Positions 11,793 through 23,700 of a DNA stretch of 64,000 nt are shown here, one piece after another. Each line of letters begins with the position of its first letter. The stretch's first letter is position 1. Under the pieces are notes generated by a model, which saw nothing but the letters and a program-made list of their open reading frames with translations, did no database searches and had not been told where the DNA came from. The stretch is from Phoronis australis. Its lineage: Eukaryota; Animalia; Phoronida. The stretch is taken from the NCBI GenBank assembly GCA_002633005.1, contig NMRA01000524.1, positions 126,381 through 190,380 of the forward strand, written 5' to 3'. The position numbers and the translations under genes were made by a program.

Positions 11793-14700
11793 CTAGAGGA
11801 CACAATTAATAAGATTAAGGGTATGCAATTTTAATAAACTACAAGCAAAATGACAAACTTTTGGCACGCAAGAGTGTGACTAAATATCCATTTCATAATC
11901 AAGCTATTCTGTCAAAATCACAAACAGCACTTTTGTGCAGTAGCTGTTCGCTGCTATTAAACCTATCCACCTATTGTGACTGAAACTGGCGGCTAGTGCA
12001 ATAATGTGGAGTTAATTTCTGACTTAAGTTCTACAGTTCTGGAGCTTGTTATTATAAGGTTAACAAGTCGCTGCATCACAATGAATAATTCTGACACAAT
12101 ATTGGCTTTAAACAGATATAACACAAACTTGGTTCTACTTGGTCAATATTTCAACGGTGATGTCATTCATTCATTAATCGATCAAATAACGAGATCCACT
12201 AATTAGTAACTTATACTTTTAAATAGATCTTACTGACAACGTATAGGCTACATTTTGTTAAATTCGCGCTTGGGCAGTTGCCAATGCTTGCTACTTGGTC
12301 AATTTTGCACACCCGTCAACAAAACAGTCTGCATATTCAGTTTATTTGGCAAACCCTGACTATCAGGAGAAGTAATTCAGTTTATGCAAAAGAAGTGGAG
12401 AATTACTGTAGAACAAAATACGATCACATTACCACCGTTGTCCAGGCACTATTTTTGTGCACATGTTACTTTGCTCACTAAAGATTTTAAAAACTAAAGT
12501 TCTACGGGTTTGAACTTAAACTCCGTATTTCAGGATATATTTGAAGAAACGAGACCCTCAGTAACGAAGGTAATCAGTAGCTGTTAATACGTCAATCTTT
12601 TTTGTATTTTCATCTATGATGAAAAAAGATTTTCACTTAATATCTAGTCAAGAATAGATTCCTCAACTGAGGGACGTCACGAAAATAGCATCATTCTGAA
12701 ACATTTAATATCTGCATGTATTTCTGTTCTTTACTGACAATTCATAAAAAGTGAAGTTTACAGCTCTTCAACAGTGGCGGCCATTTTGTTGGTGCACCAC
12801 GAGAAATTAAAACAAGAGCAACGCAGAGCGTTGAAATGCGCCCACAATTGCACCACATACGGTATCCTTCTAGGGTTGTTTATTGGTACCATAAAGTGGC
12901 CAGTAGAGGGCATATATGTAGTATGTTGTACTTCGCAAAATGGAAAGGCATGGTCATTGTCTCCTCAATAGGCTAGGGGCAAAATGTGAGTAATCTTCAT
13001 CATACAAGCACATCATATACACCAGGTGCTTAAAGCACTACAGAAACATAGAATTAAAAACAAATTTACCAACATACCAGATTAGCACAGCATTAGAATG
13101 CCAGAAACAAATTTCTACAAGGAACTTTTCCTTCATAGTCACGAAGTAACACAAAGTATACACCTGAAGACCTATGAAAATACAGAGGTCAATGTAAAAT
13201 ACTAAAATTGCCACTAGAGGCAAATATTAAAATTGCCACTACAGGCATACCGGTAGTCAGAATCATCCAAAAGTCGTCATCGTCCGTTGTCAACATCACA
13301 TAAATACACTTGCTAAATTTAGTAAAAATCCTGCAAACAGTTTGGGAGATACAGCCATGGGCGCAAAAAAAACAAAACTGCCACTAGGAGGCGCCACAGT
13401 CGTCCAAATCGTCTGAAAATCAATGTCAGCTGTCTTCCTTATAGTAAGCACATACACGCCAATTTTCACAATCATCCTTTGAGCGGTTTGGTTGATAGAG
13501 GGGTGGATGCAAAAATACAGACTCAAAAACAGTAAAAATGGCCACTAGGTGGCGCAAACTATGTCAAATCCATCTGAAAATGGGAGGATAGCGTCATCTC
13601 ACTAATAGGTGCCTACATACCAAATTTCATGAAAATCCGTTCAAGACTTTTGAAGATACAAAGGTAAGCGTAAAAAACTAAAATTGCCACTAGGGGGCAT
13701 ACCGGTAGTCGGATCCGTCCAAAAGTCGTCATCTTCCGTTGTTAACATCATATAAATATACTTACACAATTTCGTAAAGATCCTGCGAACGGTTTATGAG
13801 ATACAGCCATAGGCGCAAAAAAAAACTTCCACTAGGAGGCGCCACAGTATTCGAAATTGTCGGAAAATCATCGTCAACCGTTCTCTACATAGTAAGCATA
13901 TACATGCCAATTTTCACAATCATCCTTTGAGCGGTTTGGTTGATATAGGGGTGGACGCACAAAAACAGACTCAAAAACACTAAAAATGGCCACTAGGTGG
14001 CGCAAACTATGTCGAATCCATTTGAAAACGGCAGGATAGCGTCATCTAACTAATAGGTGCCTACATACCAAATTTCATGAAAATCCGTTCAGGACTTTTG
14101 AAGATACAAAGGTAAGCGTAAAAAACTAAAATTGCCACTAGGGGGCACACCGGTAGTCGGATCCGTCCGAAAGTTCGCACATGCCGTCCCATTCATGAAT
14201 GGAACATATGTGCCAAATTTCATGAACGTATGTGAAAGGGTTTTTGAGATAGAGCAGCGGACGCCGGACGCCGCCCGGACGGACAGACGGACGGACAGAG
14301 ATGACGGCATAATGCGTCCACATATAAATTTGTGGGCGCATGAAAATTGAGAAATTACAATTTATTTTAATTGTTATTTTCAAAACATTTCATTAAGTAT
14401 GTAATTGCATTGTTATAAAGCAACACGTTGACATCACATCAATAAGAATTATTAGATAAGTCTTCATAAACGCCATCTGTTGGTCACATCAAGTGACTTA
14501 CAGTTAAGTATGAAAAGATTTCTGCCTGGACGGGAGTTTAAACCTGGGACTTTCTGCTTACCATGCAGACGCTCAGGTATAACTTCACATAGCTATATAG
14601 GGACCACCGGATGATTACTTATATATAGGTCACGTGGGACCAGTGCTGTAGTGGAACGTAGGTGCACGTAGGAACAGCCAACCACCTTTTAGCATTTGAA

Positions 14701-17700
14701 CAAAGCGCCTACGCACCGTACGTTACGTTCAGCGCTCAATGCAATACAGTGGGCTTTGGGCGCCTACTTACCTCTAATTTTACCACTACAGCACTGCCTG
14801 GGACGACCAAAACATGGTGTGTAAACTAATAATTCATACTTATTTGATTAAGAGTTAAAAGACCATCACTGGGAAGAAGTTTAATAAATTAGAATGGCTT
14901 GCTTTCAAATTCTTTTGATGCAGTTTATAATAGTGATTGTTTGGTCAAATTATTTATAAACACAACACATACAGCGATGATGTGAATATGAAGTAGGTTG
15001 AAAATTGCTAATTTTAATGTTTTTAAAAATGAGTTTTATGTCGAAAATGATCCGCCATAAATCACTCAACCGCGTCTAGTAAACTATCGAGATCTGGTGT
15101 TGGGGAATAACATTGCATGATGCAGGCTATGCGAGCCCCCAAGGTACGTCATTAGTGCAAAGGTCACCTAATTACAGATTTTTTTGTTTTCATGTTTACA
15201 AGTTGTCAATAAATACAACTGCACTTTGTTTAGAGCAGATCATGCTCAAATCGCATTTTCAGTTAGTTCCTGTTATACGTTTAACATAGTTAGGAGCATT
15301 GTTCTTAAAATTACTGAGTGCTGTCACATGATGCCGTATGCTATTGGAAAGCAGCAATGTCGGGGAGAAAACAACGCACAAAAACATATATCACCTCTCG
15401 TCTTGATGATATGGCCACCTTTTCCTGACTACTGTTACTGTTGGAACTGGCAACTCTAGCGCCCCCTGGTGGCTCCTTAACCATTGGTGTAATCAGTAGG
15501 TGTCCGTTGGGCGAAACAGTTTGAATAAACTCGTTGGAAAACGTACGCGAAGAGTCACCATTGGGCTGGTGAATCTCGGCATTATTATTTTTATTTGCAC
15601 AAGAGCTGGATTTATTTTGCAGGAGACTCCTCTGCACTGCCGAGTTCCTGTTAGCAATTTCCGCCTCCGACATGTGTTCACCAGGCTTTTTGTAATCCCT
15701 CACATCAGGCGGCCCCGGAGTCCTAGATGAGATTTTTCCGTTTTGTCTGGAAACCGTTCGCTTGTTGCTAGAGGAATGCGGCTTCCCTGAATTACTTCCC
15801 GAAACGGCAAATTCCTTACGTTCTTGGTTGAACTCGGACTCTATCTGCGTCTCCTGCAATTGTCAGCATGTAAAAGCATCAAGTGAAAATGAAAATTAAG
15901 ATTGGAGTCTGCTGAACACTTATTGATGAGTCCAAATCAACAGAAACTTTAAAAATTGAACTAATCACGTATTGTAGAACTGGGCACTCTAGAAAGGCCC
16001 ATTGGCCGAGGTATGTTATTAATTAATTATTAACACTTTTTAAAAGTTCAAATAGAATCCGTTAAGCAAAATATTTGAATGTAAACACAGATAGGGAGCT
16101 ATGAGGCAATGCACACAACACAATTGAAAATGTCACAAAGCTATGAAATTCGTTCAAATCCTGTCCACTTAACAGTCGTGTGTGAAATCAGGAATATTAT
16201 CAATATTATGCAATTAATGCCAAACTGGACTCGAAAGTCCAGGCCACAGTTTTATCACTCTCAACATCCTGTAGGCATTGAGACACAACTTGCGACTGAA
16301 TTCCCACATTCTGGATTCAACTCTCCTTTTTTTGTAGAGGTAAAAAACAAATTGTATGATTGGCCTATTTTTCAAAAGGTATGGATACTAACACACGTCT
16401 GAACCCAATCTGATACGAAAGTGAAGATCAGTTTGTTATGTCTTGCTTTGATTTTTAATCCTGAGGTCTACATTGCAAACTCAGAATGACACCAGAATGA
16501 AAAATAGTAAATTAATCTTGATGAAAAATAGTAAAAAGCAAACAGTGGTGCCTGTGCAGTGGTGGACCAAGTGCCCTATGGATACACAGCGATTGTTTGT
16601 AAATAATACTAAATAATCAGAGATGTCGCTGCAGTATAACGGGAACTGGTCATTATAGATAGCAGACGTCCAAAACTATGACTTTTGGAATATTTTTTTG
16701 ACTGTCTCGTACATGCGCTAGACTTCATCATGGCAGCAGAGACAAAGTCCCATCAAAATTTAAAACCAATTTTGTTGCAACTTAGCTTTGATTTTCGTTT
16801 TTCAGATGAAGAGGAAATACAGTTTTATGGGATGCCATAATGTAGGTCACATGTCACATGACATTCACATACTCGTATGTCGTGTTCTAGTTCAGCGATC
16901 TCTTCATCCGTCTGTTGCACAATCTGGTCGATATACTTTCCCGTAGTAGGACTACACGTGGCCTTGATTTTTTCCAGAGACAGAGATTGCCGAAGCTGTT
17001 TGACATTATGTAGCTCCTTTGATATGTCAGAGTTCACTGATCGCATCCGTCTGCTATCTGTAACACGATTTCTGTGACGTGGCATGTGCCCAGTGTCCGA
17101 CAGGAGAGGCTGGCTTCCGTACCGGTTATGGCGCTTCATGATTTGCTCTATATGTAAAGTAAATACAACGTCAAGTAATTGTATCAAGGACTCTACATGT
17201 AAATACAACGTCAAGTAATTGTATCAAGGACTCTACATGTAAAGTAAATACAACGTTAAGTAATTGTATCAAGGACTCTACATGTAAAGTAAATACAACG
17301 TTAAGTAATTGTATCAAGGACTCTACATGTAAAGTAAATACAACGTTAAGTAATTGTATCAAGACTCTACATGTAAAGTAAATACAACGTCAAGTAATTG
17401 TATCAAGGACTCTACATGTAAAGTAAATACAACGTTAAGTAATTGTATCAAGGACTCTACATGTAAAGTAAATACAACGTTAAGTAATTGTATCAAGGAC
17501 TCTACATGTAAAGTAAATACAACGTTAAGTAATTGTATCAAGACTCTACATGTAAAGTAAATACAACGTCAAGTAATTGTATCAAGGACTCTACATGTAA
17601 AGTAAATACAACGTTAAGTAATTGTATCAAGGACTCTACATGTAAAGTAAATACAACGTTAAGTAATTGTATCAAGGACTCTACATGTAAAGTAAATACA

Positions 17701-20700
17701 ACGTTAAGTAATTGTATCAAGACTCTACATGTAAAGTAAATACAACGTCAAGTAATTGTATCAAGGACTCTATATGTAAAGTAAATACAACGTCAAGNAG
17801 TGTTTTCATTGGGATAGTAAAGAGGAGAGATGGTGCGATTAATCTCGCCTTCTGAACTACATTCCCCTTCCTCACTGCCATCTGCAACGGGAGAGTCCAA
17901 AGTGAAAATGGGGGGGGAAAGGTGGCAGAAGGAAAAAATAAGATGATTTAAGCAAAGTATTGCCCGGGAATGGGCATAGGAACTAAATAAAATTAAAACT
18001 GAAATTTCATGACAGTAAAAGGCACTCTAACAGTCACTACATGCTAATGTTGTGAACAATTGCTCAAATAATATGGAAAAATGTAATCGTGAGCAGAACT
18101 GTTTCCCACAACAAGGATTCATGCATTCACTTAACAAGAGCAACGCGGAGCGTTGAAATGCGCCCACGAATGCATTGCAAATGGTGTGCTTTTACGGTTA
18201 TTTATTTGTATCATAAAAATGGCCACTAGATGGCGCAAAAACAGACAATCCATCCAAAAACAGGAACATGCCATATTTCATAAAAATCAGTCAATGAACT
18301 TCAGAGAAACAAAGGAAAACAGAAAATGAAATTGCCACCAGTGGGCACAGTGTCCGTTGGATTCTCCTGAAAGTTGTTGTCATCGTCTGTTGTTATCTTC
18401 ATATCAATACACTTACTAAATTCAGTAAAGATCCTGCAGTGGGTTTAGGAGATACAACTATGGGCGCAAAACAAAACTACCACTAGGAGGCGCCACAGTA
18501 GTCAGTCACCATAATCAAAGGTCGTCTTCACAAGAGAACATATATGCCAGTTTTCAAATGATTTGGTTGATACAGTGGTGGACACCAAAAACAAGATTTG
18601 AACACAGCAAAAATGGCCACTAGGTGGTGCAAAATTCCTCGATTCCATCCAAAAACAGGAACATAGCGTCACCACACCAATAGATGCCTATATTTAAAAT
18701 TTTATGAAAATCTGTTGAGGACCTTTAAACATACGGAGTTAAACTTAAAAAAATTAAAATTGCCAATAGGGGGCACAGCAGTAGTCAGATCTGTCCGAAA
18801 GTCGTTGTCATCCGTAGTCAACATCATATAACTACACTTGCTAAATTAAGTAAAGATCCTGTGAACAGTTTAGGAGATACAGCCATAGGCGCAAAAAAAA
18901 ATGCCACTAGGAGGTGCCACAGTAGTTGAAATCATCAGAAAATCATCGTCAACCGTCCTCTTCATAGTAAGCACATACATGACAATTTTCACAATCATCC
19001 TTTAAGCGGTTTGGTTGATGGAGGGGTGGACGCAATAAAACTCGAAAACAATAAAAATGACTACTAGGTGGCGCAAACTAGGTCGAATCCATCCGAAAAC
19101 GGAAAGATAGCATCATCTCACTTATTGGTGCCTACACACCAAATTTCATGAAAATCCGTTCAGGACTTTTAAAGATACAAAGGTAAGCGTAAAGAACTAA
19201 AATTGCCACTAGGGGGCACACAGGTAGTCGAATCCGTCCGAAAGTCCGCTCATGCCATCCCATTCATAAATGGAACATATGTGCCAAATTTCATGAACGT
19301 AATTTTGTCAATGGTTTTGGAGATAGAGCAGCAGACGCCGGACGCAGGCCGCCCGGACGGACGGTTGGAGATGACGGCATAATGCGTCCACATATGAATA
19401 TTACGTGGGTGCATAAAAATAAAACAAAGTCAGACCACCACCATCATACAAAACAGTAACCATTTGTATCTTGCTGAAATTTTGTAAGAAGGTGCACATT
19501 CGAATGCAGATAAGAACCATTTTTATGGTAGGGGGTGTGGATGGGCTTCCCAATATGGGGCTATATCAAAACTTGGCGGAAATAAAAAGTGCAAGCCAAG
19601 TTTATAACAAGAGCTAGAATTTTGCGCTATGTCTATACTTATTGAAAGAGGACTTAAAACATTACCCATATTTATGATCAAGCAAAATAACTGATATTGA
19701 ATACCATTTTATCTGAAGTGGTGCCCCAATTTATATCAAAATAGTGGAAAACCGGCCCGAATCTATACCAGAAAATTGAAACATTCACCCCATCTCAGCG
19801 CCACGTCCCCCTTACATTGAATGCGCCCTGGGAAAATAAACCTAGCTCCTCGTTCAGTCTGATGAATTCAAGTGACGTCACTTCACTTACCTAGACCCTC
19901 CCTTCCCTGACTGCCATCCACTACCAGCGATTTGTCGTAGTCCTCTTGATCCACTACACTATGGCTCCGCCCCCGATTGTGATTGGATGATGCAGATGTT
20001 GCCCTGGACGATCGGGCAGAATGAGATGATGACGGCTTTGCCGAAAAACCTGCACAAAGAGCAAGTAAGTTGCATGTGAAACAAATTTTTTCCAAGAAAT
20101 GTGAAATGTGAAAAGTGCCAGAGTCGGAGGATAAGTGGAACTAAAGAGAGACTGAAAGATGACATCACAGGTCAGAACTAAGTGTCTGTTACATTCTTGG
20201 GACATGCATGTAATTAAACTGATGAGTCTTGCTTTGTTTTCAAATAATTCAAGATTTGCAAGAAGACAAGTTAACGTCTTATTTTTTAAAATTTTAGCAT
20301 CCAGAGTGAAGCTCTTTGGCAATTTTTTTGGAGTGTTAGCCACCTGCAAACTTGGTTTTCTCCTAGGGTCTGTTTCCCGAGCAATCACTTGAAGTTGAGA
20401 AATATCCCCTTACACTCCGCATAACAACACTTCGACTTGCATAAGTCGAATTGAACAGGATCAGATGATTTCATCCAAGTATGACCACATCCAACTTATT
20501 GGAAGGCCCATGCCCTTTAACTACTGGGTTCTGAGCATAAAAGAGGCAGGGCCGGGCTTGATTCAGCCAATCACGAAAAGCTAGTTGTTCACCTAAAAAC
20601 AGGACTGACATGGTGGAATGAACAATGTTCATAGCTGACCACATTACAAAGTATTGAAATAACAATTGTTATCTAACAGTGGCTTGGTAGAATTTGAGAG

Positions 20701-23700
20701 CCTAGCTGTGGAGCCCATCTCTGCTCTTTGTCAGGGCACTGGGCTGATCTCCCAACAAAGAGCCCACGATGGTTTCGAAAGCTAGGCTGGCAAGTAAAGC
20801 TATTTCAACTTCATAAAGGAGGCAAAAAGTTTATAGAGGACACTGAAAGATGTGGAAAGTTATACATTACGACAAAAGATCTAAATGGAGTCCAGTAAAG
20901 GATAATTCTCTTCTAAGCGAGGACATGTATCATGTAGGCTCAAAAATAAAACTGGAACTATGTTAGTTTTGAAGAAAACGCAATACTAATCTTGGGAAAG
21001 AAAAACTGAGAAATCTCTCAGACAAAAAGAAAATTGTAAATAACGTCACGTGATCAGTACATAATGAATACAATGTAAACACAACCAGATATAAAAACGA
21101 TAATGAGCGTAAACACAAGCACGTTATCTACAGTAGCATTACTAACAATAAACTACAGCGCAATCAGATGGCATTCTCAAGAAAGAGAAAGACAGCAATC
21201 AGGGTCATCCTGGCATAATTTTACAAACAATTCTAGCAAACTACTCGTTAAAAATATCATCTGATTTAGACCTCTTACAAATAAAGTACTGATTTCCAAC
21301 AGGATTATTTTTCCTTAAAATGATAACTTCAAAAGTGAAATCTGAGCTAGGAGAGAACAAAAAATTCGCTATAGCTTGAGACAAAATTTGGCTTTACCTG
21401 CACCTCCACTTTGTGCACCAAAAGTAAACTGGACAAAGCACTAACTAATCTACAACATAGCGTTTGGTCTCAGAACCAGCCTATTGGGCCAGCCTATTGG
21501 GCCAGTCATATACTTCTTCCGTCGTATAACACAATTTAAGGTGCCAATGTAGTTTATTGAGGCTGGACTCAGAGCAATAATGAACTGCCAGAATTCCCCG
21601 AGCCAGAAATTAATTCTAATCCGAATAACGAATAATTTGAACCTAGTTTTATAATGAAAAGTGGTCTAAATGAGAGATAAGCTTTTAGACAGGAGACAGG
21701 TTTATTGAAGGTTATCAAAAAGTATTTCAATGTTCAGATGATTGTGTACCAAACAGCTGTTATAAAATACACCAAGGTTATGTTTTGAGCATCTATTGCA
21801 AAGTAACAAGCTTGTGACGGTGGAGCTATACGTTTCTGAAATTATTTAAATTGTACACACTTGAACTAAATTTTGATTTTATAAATGTCCTCCAGCTTGT
21901 GGTGACCTTCATTAAAGCTATTCCAAAGTATGCATACTCATAACGAAGTATGCATACCTGAGAACATCTCCAATTATTTATGGCAAGAGATATACATTTA
22001 CTTTTAATTACCTCCAACCACCCAGTAAGATAAAATTCTAATGTGCAAGAGCAACACTGAAATTTAACAGAGAATACAAGACACCATTTTTCAAAAAAAA
22101 AAACACTTCTATTCACATGAACAACCGATAAGCAAAATTTTTTTAATGTTATGAGTAACCTAGTGAATTTAGCCGAGTGCAAATCCATTTTTCTTTAAGC
22201 AAAAAGCATGTAGAATATATCAAGTGCTTGGCTTTACACCAATATGCCAACGATAACATCACGTGACCACGTATTTTTGACAAAAATTAAGTAAAAAGAA
22301 AAAATTGTATTTTTATCCCAAACAACCATGTCAGAAACATACCACCGATTTTGTTTTGAAGTAGATATTCAAGATAAAGTCTTAGTAACAGTTTTGTGTG
22401 TTTTGTGCAACTTTGGATTGTTACCTAATACACATCTTACTCCCAGTTGCTATAGCAACTTATTTAAAACAATGGCTAACAGTGTTGAACAGTCCAGTTA
22501 TTAAATGATGATATCTCAAAATTCAGTTTGCACCTGATCAGCCACTTCTGAAGTAGGGTGCTCCAAAGTAAGCCAAATTTCGACACTTTTTCTAGGGTTA
22601 CTCATAATCTTAAAGAAACGCATAATTCACAATCGCAAACCACAACTCACTCTGCAAAATGCCTTGGTCACACATGAAGCTTCCTAAATATCCATAAATT
22701 TCTGTCGGACAAAAAGTCATATTGACCAACAATCCAGCATTTATTGCAAGGGCCAGTTGGGCATCAGTGTCAAAAATACCCAACAGCAAAACTTACTACT
22801 GATCATACAAAAATCGCCCGTTCAAACAGCAGTTGCCAATATGTGACCAAGGCATAAAAATGGCTATGACTAAGACATAGAACAGAGTCTAAAAGAGATT
22901 GGCTTGAAAGCCCACACAACTACGATCAGGAAAAACTGACGAGACAGCTAGTGTTTTACCAGTACAGTGAAGATCGAAGGGAATAGTCGACGGGCGTGGT
23001 AAGGGTGCCAGGTGCAGGGGTTTCTTATAAGACACACCTATGAAGCCTAGGAGGGGTACATTCAAGGGGAGACAATAAGGTTGTGCAGTTGAATGCTATA
23101 GATTACAGTTTGTACCCCTCAATGAACATCAGAACATTTGAAATTGCAGATGAGGAAGACGAGGCAAAGAAATTCCAAGTCACAAGAAGAATTACTATAA
23201 ACTAATTAATTTCAATTATGCAAAAATGGTTAAAAACCATGACAACATCTCTGTGGGGTAACTGCAAACAATGTTCCACTGCAGGCACAATCACGACTTG
23301 TTACACAAGGTTTGAAAAGAATGACCTCAACATTAAATAGAATGGGCAATACGCCTGTCTTCAGTCAAAAGAAACATTTGATTTAGACAACTTTCAATAA
23401 AACTAGGGTCAGTTTCATGAAAGCGACTAAAGATTTAAGACAGAAAATTGGTCTTACACTCCCACTTCCAAGTTACTGAATAAACGTTTAGCCAAGTAAT
23501 TACCAGCACACTTGGCTAAACCTTTATTCAGTAATTGTGAGGTAAGAGCGTAAGACCGAATTTCTGACTCGAGTCTTAAGTCACTTTTCACGAAACGTGG
23601 AGGCCCGTACCTAGAGTTAATTTTTTAATTAGGTCTACGATTTGTCTCAACTTCCAAATTTTGGAACTATCACATCCGGTAAATTAGTCAATATTCAGAC

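Noticed and set aside
17146-17797. CRISPR-like array or repeat-protein ORFs ([12 protein letters not shown]..., [15 protein letters not shown]...)
   Set aside because: Units are head-to-tail with no unique spacers, the context is eukaryotic and there are no cas genes. The ORFs are by-products of a stop-free 45-bp unit.
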